Source: Nemertoderma westbladi (lineage: Eukaryota; Animalia; Xenacoelomorpha). Taken from it: DNA of 43,494 bases. The position numbers and the translations under genes were made by a program. The first letter of the stretch is position 1. Every line of letters begins with the position of its first letter. A model generated the notes under the pieces. It ran no database searches and was not told the DNA's origin. It was given only the letters and a program-made list of their open reading frames with translations. Positions 23,655 to 36,571 of the stretch are shown piece after piece. The stretch is taken from assembly GCA_032718475.1 (NCBI GenBank), contig JAUCBJ010005573.1, positions 1 to 43,494 of the forward strand, in the 5' to 3' direction.

Positions 23655-24881
23655 TTAGCGAAGTTTGTGGTATGCCTTCCAACTAGCTCGATATTTTGGC
23701 ACAAGATTTTCCATTTCTCTATCTGAGCAAGGTTTTGATGGATTTCCATTGTAGTAAATGGATTGTATAATTTCTCCGAAATAAGATTTAATGCAGTGAA
23801 AATTATCTTTAGTTATTTTCTCATGTTTATCAATCCAAGCTTTGAGCCATATATGGGTTGTGTACTTTCCAGTAGACCATGTGTAATTGGCATATCGCTG
23901 AATATGACCCAACATCCACATTGGGTACACCAAATCCTCGCGAACATTGACTAATTGTGGGTTTAATGTGGCCAGTTTGAGCAAACCTTCACAACATGAA
24001 CAAGTCCAGCAGTTGGGATCGTAGTTCTTAAAACTCTCGTAGAAACATTTAAGAAATGAGGAATCTTTATGTGTTAATATTACTCCAGCCATAAGTGCGA
24101 CACTGTCATGACGATTAACAGTGAAATCGTAATGAAGAAGTTCTCCGAAAGGCTGAAGTCCGATAATATCACTGTCGAGGTAAATACCCCCATATTCCTG
24201 TAGTAATTGTAATCTAAGAACGTCTGTTTGATGTGAAACTCGAAAGACCTTAGTTGATAACTTTATACCAAAAACAAATTCTGGGGCTACGATTTCCTTG
24301 ACAACAATATTTGGAATGAGTTGCTTCGCTTTGCTAAACCAAGGTTCAGAACCATTAAGACTTCCAGTAAATTCCAGTCCCATGTTCGTATGAAAGTAAA
24401 TGACATCGGGTTTGATATTTCTATAAACCGATAGCAGACATATGTAATGTATGAATTCGAACTCTAATCTGTCCAGCCATATTTGGTGGACGATGTTTGG
24501 AACAACGGCGGTTGAGCGTCTTGGAGGTTTGTTGCCTGTCATTTCCTTGTTTACTGGATGAGAATGATGTTTATTAATAGGTATGCAAATGTCTTCTTTC
24601 ACAGATTTCGCGTGGCCAGTTGTGTTGATAAATTGTATATTTTCTTCTGAGATTACATTTCCCATAGACTCGAAATGGTTTGTTTGTTTGGTTTCAGTTT
24701 GTTTTTCATAGTTTACGAATATATGTGATTCATTTCCATGTTTTTCTATTGAGTACTTGTTGGTTACAGCTAGATAATTGCGAAATGCATATTCGGTAAT
24801 CCAATAAAACAAAAAGATGACCAATAAACCAATCACCAGTTTCTTTCGCATCCGTAAACATAGTGAAAAGCAATGCTTCAT
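23655..24881 (-). CDS. GT32 DXD glycosyltransferase, paralogue 2, 408 aa, single coding exon
   Basis: Uninterrupted ORF. RMRKK plus TM segment LVIGLLVIFLFYWI, a longer stem, and the same VPNIVHQIW and YGGIYLDSD motifs. Candidate AATAAA signals at ~23543-23561. Confidence 0.93.
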   Translation of the reverse strand: MKHCFSLCLRMRKKLVIGLLVIFLFYWITEYAFRNYLAVTNKYSIEKHGNESHIFVNYEKQTETKQTNHFESMGNVISEENIQFINTTGHAKSVKEDICIPINKHHSHPVNKEMTGNKPPRRSTAVVPNIVHQIWLDRLEFEFIHYICLLSVYRNIKPDVIYFHTNMGLEFTGSLNGSEPWFSKAKQLIPNIVVKEIVAPEFVFGIKLSTKVFRVSHQTDVLRLQLLQEYGGIYLDSDIIGLQPFGELLHYDFTVNRHDSVALMAGVILTHKDSSFLKCFYESFKNYDPNCWTCSCCEGLLKLATLNPQLVNVREDLVYPMWMLGHIQRYANYTWSTGKYTTHIWLKAWIDKHEKITKDNFHCIKSYFGEIIQSIYYNGNPSKPCSDREMENLVPKYRASWKAYHKLR

Positions 24882-24980
24882 AATGCAAAAATAGGTAGAT
24901 GATAATAATATCAGGTAATTTCTAAAGTTAAAGTTATTCTAATCAATATTAGGCCTGACTAAATAAAAATTAAAATATCA

Positions 24981-25168
24981 GTAAACCCTTCCGCTTTGTT
25001 TACCAATTCGTCTTGGCTCCCATTTATCGAACTGGATGAAAGTCAGGGTTGGGCTAGGCTGCGGCAGCATTTAAAGCACTGTGCCCAAAACATGGGGATA
25101 GCTGCCCCATCTAGGAATCGAACCAGTGCCGCCTGATTGGAAGGTGACCACTAAACCAAGCTGCTGCC
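24981..25168 (-). mobile_element. tRNA-derived SINE (second family) about 100 bp upstream of GT32 paralogue 2
   Basis: Minus strand: tggtttagtgg A box, ggttcgattcc B box, then ctttcatccagttcgataaatg (Nin-like). Confidence 0.65.
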
Positions 25169-25379
25169 TAGTATTACTAATATATTCAACATTATTATTA
25201 ATACTAATAATAAGTATTTATTTTACAAAATGGTACTGATATTTTTTTGTCAGACTTCTTAATCCGCATATTCGAGAAATAGTTTTCAAAGTTAAGAATG
25301 CATGCTAATCCAATCCAACAGAAGGTGCTTGTTGATTGTGGTAGAACATTTACAATCGTCTACTGTGGAAACACACGAA

Positions 25380-25520
25380 AAGCGCACAATAAGAAACACC
25401 TTAACCACTTCTTAGCCAGTCTTCCAGAACAGGATAAGTGGTAACGGATTATGTGGTTGATGATATTGCCTATTTTATCCAAAGCTGCCTGTGCAGTTGG
25501 ATCCATCAATAGACCAATAC
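25380..25520 (-). mobile_element. Second fragment of the RTE-like LINE (APE region)
   Basis: The reverse complement matches ~775-912 (attggtctattgatg.atccaactgcaca...tgttctggaagactggctaagaa). Confidence 0.8.
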
Positions 25521-27020
25521 TTACGATACCACATTCTGCATTCGGTACCCTTGAACACCCACAGCGTTAATAGTTTGGTTAGAAAACACAGCCACCGTAA
25601 CCTAATCCGTTCCACTAATGTTTTAAATTAAATTAATTTTGTATACCCTCTAAACACCTGGTTGGTGTTTCGGGTCATTTTGCGATATTCAGTCAATGTA
25701 TCACATCATCAATTACATGACGATAATTCGATAATCCATATTAAAAAATTAAAAAATCCATAATGAAATACATATGTAATTATGTTGAAAAACATTGTCC
25801 CCCCTCAACAAAATACGGGATCCACCACTGGTATATATCACAATGACATTCAATGCTAATATAATTATTCTGCAATATACTGTTAATTGTAGATTATAAT
25901 AATATACTGCAGACTGTTTGTTGTAACAGCTGTAGATGTAAGATATTATTACATTGCAGTTATAATGCATTATAATGTCACAGTAGGTGGTAATCGAAGT
26001 ACTGTATTCCTTGCTTGCTGATCCTTCGGGGTTTACCAATCTACACCACCCAGCATATTGCGGTATAGGCTACTCGTCTTCGTTCCATTACTTCAAAGTC
26101 AAACTCTAAACGATGGAATGGATGTAAAATATTGTCGAAAACTTGTCGCAGTGGGCGATATTTCAAAAATTTGAAAACCCACACACACCAACACTTTCAT
26201 AATGAGACGGACACTTAGAGACCTAGTCACTTAAATAAGCTATTTAACGGGTGAGGATTGCTCTGAGTTAAGATTGGATAAGGCCGAAGCCAATTTTTTG
26301 CCAGAAGGCCATCTTTGACATGCGACGGCAACAGTCTACGTCCGCAAGTAACCTTGGCCACAGACATCGAGAATGGCAAACTTTCGAGACAATGAACAAT
26401 GATTTCAAGAATAACAATCAGTCGTCTGTCTGACATTTTGTCAACGAATTAAAAGTAAAATAATTTAAAGTAAAGATTAAATTTAAGTTTACAAGGAAAC
26501 TGTTAACTAAACTGGAGCGAACGAATGGGATGTATTGGATGTATAATGGGTGGGATTAGAAGACCGTTCTAACTACTTACTGTAAAACTATTCACTATGT
26601 ACAGTAATGTATATCATGTATGTATATCAGGTTAACTCCTCAGAAGCTATAGCTCGTCCATCAATGAAATTTTTATCAATCGACGCAGCTCAACCAGCAC
26701 CAAGGATGTGGATAAAAGTTTCAAAAAAATGATTAAAGTCTCTGTTTTATTTCGAAATAATAGCCCCATAAAAACACGAGAATTGCCATAGACTCAATGA
26801 TAGAAACACCAACTGCTGGTGCTCATGAGTATAAGAGCGGTTGCTGTGCTCTTGTGTATAAACAAGGGGACAATCTATGAGATTGGAGTATCTTCAACTA
26901 TTTACACGGTTACATCCCATAAGTTAGAACAATTTTGTTTATTTGAGTGCATTTAGGAGCATATTTATTATAGATAATATATAAGATAATAATATAGGAT
27001 TATAAGAAGAAATATAATAT

Positions 27021-27254
27021 CAAGCAAAGCAAACAGTCGGCCGAAGCCGGAGGCGACCCAAAGGCTCCTCTTTCGATAGCTGCTACCCGAGGGTAGGGGT
27101 GGGCGCTACTCCTATCCCAAGATTTGCTCCCAGTTATTTAACTGGTACTCATTTTATCGACACTAGTGTGAGTGGACCCTGGCGGGGCTGAACCTACAAC
27201 CATTAGATTGCAGGCCCGGCGCTCAACCAACTGAGCTACCCCGCCTTCCGGGTT
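27021..27254 (-). mobile_element. tRNA-derived Deu/Nin-type SINE, copy 2
   Basis: Near-identical to 17200-17419. Intact A box tagctcagttgg, short deletion in the core, tttgc-repeat tail. 11 bp TSD aaatataatat (27010-20, 27255-65). Confidence 0.88.
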
Positions 27255-27377
27255 AAATATAATATAAACGGAAGAAAATACAGTAGGAATTATAAATAAT
27301 ATAATGTAATATAGAGTGAGTGTTACTAGGGGGAGTTTCCGTTTAGGAAATTGAGGCATGAATCCAGCTATAGTGAA

Positions 27378-28882
27378 CTAGTGACGGGCCTAGCGGCCCG
27401 ATAAGGAACCGACTTATTATTTTAAATAAAAGAGACAACGAGAATTAGTATAGAACTAATAATTATGTAAAAATACAATCATATTTCATACAATAATTAT
27501 TAATAAATTCGATCTATTATTAGTTGCTCAATTCTAGAACAAAATCGACCTGCAACTAGTGAAGACCTCGTTTTGGAATTTCGAAACCACGCTGGTGCGA
27601 TGCGCGATATCCTGTTTAGTTAATAAATTGATAACTCCATCAATTCATGTGCAACCAGTAATAAGAAATCGCGATAAATGTAATTCAATAAAAATTATTC
27701 TAGAAAAATTTTCCTCAAAAAGTATGAAGTCTTGGCATTGGTGACGCGAAACTAGGCTAGTGAGATTCAGGATATTGCGTTTAATATAAAAATCGAAAGC
27801 GCTATCGAATTCCGTAAAGGCGTTAATAAAATACTGCAACTTTTTTGAAATTTGTAAAATTCTAGAACTAGAAAAAATTAATTTTTGAACGGCGCTGTTT
27901 GGGGTTTCGAAACATGGATAGGCTGAAAGAGGACATCGAATTAAGTTGAAAAATGAAAACCCCATCGAATTTGGACAAAGCGTTCCGGAGTTATAGCGGA
28001 TCGAAAAAAATTGACCCCCCCCAGTCGCCAAAAATTTACAGTAATTTAAAATTTTGCAAAAAAAATTTTTTGCGTTATTTTTGATGGCGAATCGATTGGC
28101 AGTACTGGCTACGAAAAATTTTTTTTTGAAATTTTTGGTCAGAAAAAAAAACATGGAAAAAGTATATTTTTAAAAAGATTTGATGTCTTTGCCTATGGTC
28201 AGAGAATGATCCAACTCTGTAACTTGGCAATCGCTCAAATCCATTCAGCTGAATGGCACAGTAGAGTAAACTAAAGTAAACTCCCTATACAATGTTCTGA
28301 AGGGATGACTGACAGAGAGTAATCCAACAATAAAACATTTTGCAATAATGTTGGCATTAATGTAGCCAACTCACTGTGTACGTAACAGTCATTCAGCTTA
28401 CATTAGCAGAGTGAGATATTCCCATAGATGGCATTGGGAAGAGTAATTCAGCTGAGGCGATATTAGATTTCAAACTAAACCAACCAGTTAATAATGTTTG
28501 CTTTGACAGAGAGTGGTGGCCTATACAAACAGTATGGGTGTACTGAGTATAATAATCTTGGCAACCTCATCGATTTATTACTAAGCCTTCTGTAGAAATG
28601 CATTACATAAGCCATTTTTCATCACGACACCAGCTGTTATTGGTGTTATTTTACCATTGCGCCTATGGCGTTTTTTCGTTTATGTCTATTTTTCGAGCCC
28701 ACGGCTCATGGACAAAATAGCGGAACATACCAGGCACCTTAGAATCGCGGTATCTAGCCGCTGTGAAAATTTCATCAAAATCGTTAGAGTAGTTTTGGCT
28801 GTAGATCAGTCAGTCAGTCAGTCAGCCAGCCAGCCAGCCAGTCTCGAGCAATTCTTACAGTAATGAACCTCTCGGTTCCTAA
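27378..28882 (-). mobile_element. HINE/Helentron-type element 1 (subTIR aggaaccga)
   Basis: Inverted subTIR at 28872-80 and 27404-12. 5' internal IR and (GCTG/GACT)n microsatellite. 3' stem-loop cgggcc-gcta-ggcccg followed by ctag-tt. Continuity of the interior is not proven. Confidence 0.65.
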
Positions 28883-29216
28883 CTAGAGACGGCGTCAAGA
28901 CGCCGTTAAGCAAGTCGGAAGTCATCAATCAAATGTAAATTCCATCAACAAGCTGTCATTGGTGTTATTTTACCATTGCGCCTATGGCGTTTTTTCGTTT
29001 ATGTCTATTTTTCGAGCCCACGGCTCATGGACGAAATAGCGGAACATACCAGGGACCTTAGAATCGCGGTATCTAGCCGCTGTGAAAATTTCATCAAAAT
29101 CGTTAGAGTAGTTTTGGCTGTAGATCAGCCAGCCAGCCAGCCAGCCAGTCAGCCAGCCAGCCAGCCAGTCAATCAGCCAACAATTCTTACAGTAATCAAG
29201 TCCTACGACTTGCTAA
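28883..29216 (-). mobile_element. HINE/Helentron-type element 2 (subTIR agcaagtcg), ~335 bp, complete
   Basis: Inverted subTIR at 29206-14 and 28909-17. 5' IR caagtc/gacttg, (GCTG)n microsatellite, 3' stem-loop acggcgtc-tt-gacgccgt, then ctag-tt. This is the canonical DINE-1/HINE layout. Confidence 0.85.
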
Positions 29217-30659
29217 TAAATCATATTGCGCACGGTAAGCTGTAATATAGGCTGTAGACGTAGTAATAGGTGTTAAGTATTAATAGACAGTGTGGTGGGC
29301 CTTGATTGGTTAATGAGTAATACGTGATTGTAGCGCAGTTATGATACCTACCTATTTAGCTAATCATGGGGTGAAGGATACAGCTGTTTATGTGTATAGG
29401 AGAAACAGCTGTAAATGGGGCCAGCCAATAATGGTCGAATGAATGAATGTGTTGGAGATGAGATATATTGGTTTGTGAAAATATGTCGGGAGAATGGACG
29501 GTTAAGGTAATAATAATATATATTTTTATTGTTTGAGAGTGACCCGCCGCTACAATGAAGGCATAGTAAGCTATACTACAATTGATTGAATGGATAGGCC
29601 CAAACTGCACATAAGTATATTACTTGCCAAGTTTATTACTCTCTCACTTTATCCCAGACAAGTAAGCAAACATCAACTGTTAGTAGTTTATAATGTATTA
29701 CCCTGCGCCTGCCAGCTCAGCTGAATAGCTCTTCCCAGTGAATCCTATGGGAATATCTATAAGGTTACTCACTGCTATAATAGGTGGGAGGCCAGCTGAT
29801 TGAATTTTAAGCACTGGGCCGTTCAAATGTTTTATAGGTTAATAATAATGACATTTAGGGGCTGGTATTTATCTCTCTCAGACTGTAGTGAGAAAAGCTG
29901 TACAATTAATGGGGAGGGACCCAACTACACTACTTTTGTCTATGAACGGTCTTCTTATATATATCCAAGTCATGATTGAGAATTGAAATGGTAGTAATGT
30001 ATCGGAGATTGGATTGTTAATGAAGATTTACAAACACCAACCATTTATTCATTTACGTTTTAAATATATTTTTGTAGGTTTTTGAGGTTTTTTTAGGAGG
30101 ATCAAAATGTCTGATAATTGTGTTATACGTACCGTATTTATTTGTACTAGTTTAAATGTTTCTAGAATATGTGACATGTGTAATTCTTCAAATCTGATTA
30201 CCTAATTGCTAACTCATTATCTATTCACTTCATCACTATTTAATCATTAATACTTGTGCTGTAGGTAGCTAAATAGGCGCTATGGGCTGATTATGCAGTT
30301 TGTTATGTATATATTGCCTGCATTAAACATTAAATAAATAATAAATATATACACAAGCTAATATAGCGAATACATCCAAAACTTTAAATAATAAATATCG
30401 AAAACCATATCAAAAAAATATCGAAATCCTTAAATTTGTATTTGTTTTTTCCAACAATTTATGGATACAAATCCAATAAACATTCCAAAACTGAAAACTA
30501 AGTGCCTTTTTTGTGGCAGTAGTCCCTGCAACGAGGGGTTGTATTTCCAATATCGATGGCTTCCATAGCCCCATGGTTATTTCCGAATTTCCATACGTGG
30601 CTTGTGACAACTTACTATTCACTGATTGCAACATGCTTGCATAATCTTACACGTTCGTG

Positions 30660-30687
30660 GGGACTTCGCGCAGCACGAGGCCTAGTT
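30660..30687 (+). mobile_element. Helitron-like 3' terminus
   Basis: Imperfect hairpin cttcgcgc-a-gcacgagg followed by ctag-t. 5' end not identified. Confidence 0.35.
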
Positions 30688-30900
30688 ATTATATACAAAT
30701 TAAAATGCAGCGACTGTATCACAAAATCAGGTTTTGAGAAATTTACCCACACCACCAATCAATCAAAGAAAGGTGGACAGTACGTGTTCACCCCTTTTAA
30801 TCTCCCCCCCCCCCCCCCACCCTTCCCAACCACCAATACATAACCGCGACATCTACCACCCACGGAAGGGTAGCACGAACTTATTTCCAATCGCACGTTA

Positions 30901-31191
30901 AATATGCAAAGCCAGGTGGTTTATAGGAATATAATAAACGCAGTACTCGTTTTCATTATAAGCCTCTTTGCGTTCGTCCTGTTTTGTATTTAAATATATT
31001 TCTTAAACGCAAGCTAGGACGATCTTTATAATAATAATAACTAGGGATGCGATCAATATGTGAAGCCAGGTGGTTTATATAATAATTTAGTCAACGCAGT
31101 ACTCGTCTTCATTATATGCCTCGTTGCGCTCGTCGCTTGTCCTGTTTTGTCATAAAATATTTTTCCTAAACGCAGACTGACGATCTTTATA
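30901..31191 (+). repeat. Diverged direct repeat, period ~154 bp
   Basis: aagccaggtggtttata...aacgcagtactcgt...gacgatctttata at ~30901 and ~31055. Confidence 0.85.
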
Positions 31192-31769
31192 CAGTTATAA
31201 CTATGCGAAGTTTCGAAACTGTGCGAGTAACTGTTGATACATCTATGTGGAGATGTGTGATATGTGGAGATGTGTGATACAACGCCAACGCATCTTATGC
31301 CGATGTAGTAATATGGGTATTGAAATAATATATTAAATCAATGTACACTCTTAAAGCTGCAGCGAAAAAATGTAGCTAATTTCCTAGGTTACATATAAAA
31401 TAATAATATTATTTTTAAGAACATTAATTTTACTACTTTGCAAAAATTCAATTAAAAAATAACCAGACATATACATTGTGGAATAAACTATTTCAGAAGC
31501 CTACAACAGCCATGCCATGGATTGTATTTATGTTATTATATCTGTCATTTAACTGAGATAGCAATAGTAGTAATAGTCGAACGGTTATGCGGCCCGTCCA
31601 GCCTATAATAAACACAATTCAGTGATTGGGCTGGAATAGCAATACTGGTTGCCTCTATTACAATTCCTCTCAGGTTAGTCTACAGCCACAACTCCCAGCA
31701 GCTAGCTCCACACCAGCAGAGACTTGACCAATAATGGGAAGGATTAAATTTGTACTCAATAATTGTGCG

Positions 31770-32225
31770 GTTTAATTACGTTTAGATCAATTAAAGACAC
31801 ATTTATTAAAGCAAATCACTTAAACTAATTAAAAACTATAATAGAATGGCGTATGGGGATTATATCTGTATAATTTTTAAGTATAATTATTTAAATCTTA
31901 TACTGTAAAACAATTAATTTCCTTTAAAAGGCAGGTTGAAAATGGCGTTTTCACCGCAATCAACTTAATTAACTAATTAACTGCTATTATCTTAGCTTCT
32001 CGAAGGCCACACGGAAATTCTACTTGGAAAATTTCTAAACTTTTGCCAAACAACATGTGTACCAAGTTTGGATAGATTTCATCAAAGATTGGCCGAGTTA
32101 TTAACGTTTAAAATTGAACACGACAGAACGACAGAACGACAGAACGACAGAACGACAGAACGACAGGTTGATTAATGGTACCACTACGCTAAGGCTCACT
32201 CACTTCGTGGCTCGCCCCACATTGG
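31770..32225 (-). mobile_element. HINE-like interspersed repeat, copy B
   Basis: Inverted homologue of 17921-18360. (cgacagaa)5 microsatellite at ~32121-32165. Confidence 0.7.
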
Positions 32226-34109
32226 TTATGCAGCACAAACACTACAAGCAATGGGGAAGAACAACTATAACTCAGTCCCTGCGTAGTGGTAGCACTGTTT
32301 CTAATGCCTTGCTTAAATGAAGCTAGAATAACATGGGAAAAATATGCATTGCTGAGTAGAATGCATAGGTCATTAAGAAATGTTGGATTGGAGCGGAACG
32401 AAGTAGTTTAGTTGGCGGTTACCACTTCGAAACCAGTACGTAAAATAGATTGGATTGCAAATGAATAGATTACGGGCTTTCAAGTGTCTGCTAGTGTCTT
32501 ATGAATCTACATACTGCTCGACATTCTCTTACGCAAATGAATATCATGAATGTACCACCACTAATATATTTTAGGAACAAGTTGTTGAAGCGGTTTAGCC
32601 CTATCTAGTATACCAGCAATCTAAAAAGAATATATGATTAATTTTCTGTCGATAATGTGAGGCGAGTCGCCTAAGGACTGGGCCATAAAGAAGCAGTATC
32701 GTTGTTGTCTTTGTAAAAACTCTGTGTTGTTTAAACACTAATAACTCAAAATCTTTTAAGAAATTAAACCAAATTTGGTACACAAATAATATCAACGAGT
32801 AAATAATTATGTTGTACTGTCTGTCCTACCAGGCTTTAGTGCGGTTTAATGAGTCTCGGTCCGTACGGACCAGTGTATACGCCCCTCGTACTGCGCCAAG
32901 GCCCGTGTGTAGGTAGATTTTACAAAGGAACCTAAAATGAGCAAGTAAATGATGGGGAGGAAGAAAATTATATGATGGGGAGGAGGAGAGTTCGCGTATT
33001 TAAATCCATTACTGAAACAATTGTTAAAGAGGCAAACTAACAGAATATTCTTCACTTGGAGAACAGGAGGGGCACCGAAGGGTTGGTTGTAACAGTCCAG
33101 ATATGGGAAGGACCTTAATGCTACTGACCCCCCCCCCCCCCCCCTCCCCTTCTTACTCCCAGGCGGCAGGCACAGATTGTCGCCAATTTTCCTTTCCAGC
33201 AGATCGGTAGCGCCCCCTACACGATCTCATATGAAACTGGCCGCAGTATAGGCCCACTTCGTCAACAATAAATAGTAATTGTAAAAATAATAAATTTTAG
33301 TTCGATTTTGACAAATAATTTTAAGAATAATAATATAAGGAAATATTACTCGTGTATAAGAGGTTATTGCAGGTTGTGGACACTCAAATGTAACAATAAT
33401 TAAAAGTCTAAAAAAATTTAATATACATCTCAAAATAGTATGAGCATAACCTACTATAATTATAATTAGGTCATGCATGGTATGGGGCAAATTAGTTGAC
33501 ATATTAATCACGTAACTTTAGAAACAATACATTAATAATAAAAATAACAAAAGTTAGCGGAAAATAAATTCCACACAACCTCATATTTTTAGTCATTTTT
33601 AACAATCGTTTTCATCAGATTTCGCTTTGTCTATTCATAATTGTCGCAAAGTATTTGGCAGGGTTCTCTTACTTTAATACATTCATACAGAAAATTAATT
33701 TGCGAATATATTAATAAACAATTTTTTTATGTCATTTTTCTGTTTGATAATCTTTGCCGTCGTAATAGCGGGAATTATTATTAATGGTTAGTCCCATTTT
33801 GTAACGTTAAACACTAATTAATAATTATTGATTTAATTCATATTTCTCACAGTAGAGAACGACACCAATTACCGCATTAATTTCCCAGTGGAGAGATTCG
33901 AAATGTGATAGTAAAGAAACGGATCATATACATAACCGCTAAATGGCGCTAAAAACTTAATCCATCTTTAAAGGAAAATATTTGAAACATTAATTGGTTT
34001 CGTTACAACGTTGGTATTTATGTTATTACTTATATTATGTACTTGTGATGTACTTTTTTATGTGTGTTTTAATTAAGCAGCTGGACAATACTAAGACTTT
34101 GAATGATCA

Positions 34110-36275
34110 GCAAATAGCTGGATAATGCAGCGCACTACCAAAGATATAAGTAAGAAGAAGATTGCGTCGTACTGCCATCTATTATTAAGTAGCTTGATAA
34201 TGCAGCGTACTGCCATCGATAATTAAGTAGCTGAATGCTGCAGCATACTGCCATGGATCAGTATGTAGAAGGATAATGCAGCGTACCGGTACTGTCATGA
34301 GTAAGTAGTTGGATAATACTGCCATCTACCCAATAAGTAGCTGATAATGCAGCGTATTGCAATCTATCAGTAAGTAGTTGGATAATTCTGCCATCTAGTA
34401 GCTGATAATGCAGCGAACTGCCATCCAATAAGTAGTTGGATAATACTGCCATCAATCTATCAGTAAATAGAAGGATAATGCAGCGTACCGGTACTGTCAT
34501 GAGTAAATAGTTGGATAATACTGCCATCTACCCAATAAGTAGCTGATAATGCAGCGTACTCCAATCTATCAGTAAGTAGTTGGATAATACTGCCATCTAC
34601 CCAATAAGTAGCTGATAATGCAGCGTACTCCAATCTATCAGTAAGTAGTTGGATAATTCTGCCATCTAGTAGCTGATAATGCAGCGTACTGCCATCCAGT
34701 TTCGTAGTTGGATAATACTGCCATCTACCATTAAGTAGCTGATAATGCAGCGTATTGCAATCTATCAGTAAGTAGCTGATAATTCAGCGTACTGCCATCT
34801 ATATCAATAAGTAGCCGATAGTGATAATGCAGCGAACTGCCATCCAATAAGTAGTTGGATAATACTGCCATCTACCGATAAGTAGTTGGATAATACTGCC
34901 ATCAATCTATCAGTAAGTAGAAGGATAATGCACCATGCTGCCATCGTAGTTGGATAATACTGCCATCTATCAATAAGTAGCTGGTAATGCAGCATACTCC
35001 ATCTATCAATAAGTAGCTGGTAATGCAGCATACTGCCATCTATCAATAAGTAGCTGATTATGAAGCGTACTGCCATCTATCAGTAAGTAGTTGGATAATA
35101 CTGCCATCTATCTATCAATAAGTAGCTACTAATGCAGCGTACTGCTATCTATCAATAAGTAGCTACTAATGCAGCGTACTGCCATCTCAGTAAGTAGTTG
35201 GATAATACTGCCATCTATCAATAAGTAGCTGGTAATGCAGCATACTCCATCTATCAATAAGTAGCTGGTAATGCAGCATACTGCCATCTATCAATAAGTA
35301 GCTGATTATGAAGCGTACTGCCATCTATCAGTATGTAGTTGGATAATACTGCCATCTATCAATAAGTAGCTGATAATGCAGCGTACTGCCATCCAGTAAG
35401 TAGTTGGATAATACTGCCATCTACCAAGAAGTAGCTGATAATGCAGCGTCTTGCAATCTATCAGTAAGTAGTTGATAATGAACCGTACTGCCATCTATCA
35501 GTAAATAGTTGGATAATACTGCCATCTATCAATAATTATAACTTTTTGTTGGGCACAGCTTTTGCAAAGTCGGCAATGAATGAAAGTTATAATAATATGA
35601 AACCACTCATTCACCCATAACACCAATAATAATCTATCAATAAGTAGCTGATAATTGATAATGCAGCGTATTGCAATCTATCAGTAAGTAGTTGATAATG
35701 CAGCGTACTGCCATCTATATCAATAAGTAGCCGATAGTGATAATGCTGCGTACTGCCACCTATCAATAAGTAGCTGGTAATGCAGCATACTGCCATCTAT
35801 CAATAAGTAGCTACTAATGCAGCGTACTGCCATCTCAGTAAGTAGTTGGATAATACTGCCATCTATCTATCAATAAGTAGCTGATAATGCAGCGTACTGC
35901 CATCTAGTAAGTAGTTGGATAATACTGCCATCTATCTATCAATAAGTAGCTGATAATGCAGCGTACTGCCATCTATATCAATAAGTATCCGATAGTGATA
36001 ATGCAGCATACTGCCATCTATCAATAAGTAGCTGATAATGCAGCGTACTGCCATCTCAGTAAGTAGTTGGATAATACTGCCATCTATCTATCAATAAGTA
36101 GCTGATAATGCAGCGTACTGCCATCTCAGTAAGTAGTTGGATAATACTACCATCTATCTATCAATAAGTAGCTGATAATGCAGCGTACTGCCATCTAGTA
36201 AGAAGTTGGATAATACTGCCATCTATCTATCAATAAAGTAGCTGATAATGCAGCATACTGCCATCGATCAGAAAA
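34110..36275. repeat. Modular minisatellite of intermixed ~37 bp and ~31 bp units
   Basis: Unit A taagtagctgataatgcagcgtactgccatctatcaa; unit B taagtagttggataatactgccatctatcaa. Interrupted by ~95 bp of unique sequence at ~35535-35630. Confidence 0.97.
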
Positions 36276-36571
36276 TAGCTGGAGATGGAGCAAACCACCA
36301 TTGATCAGCAGATAGATAAACAACGTCAAATTGTACGATATACTTCCGTTAAAATACACCACTTTTATCTTTAATTTTATTCAATTTTCGAACAAAATTA
36401 CGTATGATGTAGGCAAACTATATTATGTATATAGGTAGTTTTAATTCGACACTATAATGGCTTAGAATGGTAATTAATAATATTCTTTGAGCATCCAGCA
36501 TAGTCGTTTATTGTACCTATTTGGGATAATATAGTAAATGATTATTCATAAAAATGTTTATAGTCTGTCAC

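Noticed and set aside
26227-26436. Possible PHD-like fragment (KVCHSRCLW in one minus frame)
   Set aside because: Too few ligands in frame to support a call.
28657-29245. Duplicated small protein MRLWRFF...
   Set aside because: TTG-start ORFs inside the HINE core that run into a microsatellite.
34110-36275. CRISPR array or repeat-protein ORFs (34258-35796)
   Set aside because: No unique spacers. The short ORFs are translations of the minisatellite, whose units are not multiples of three.
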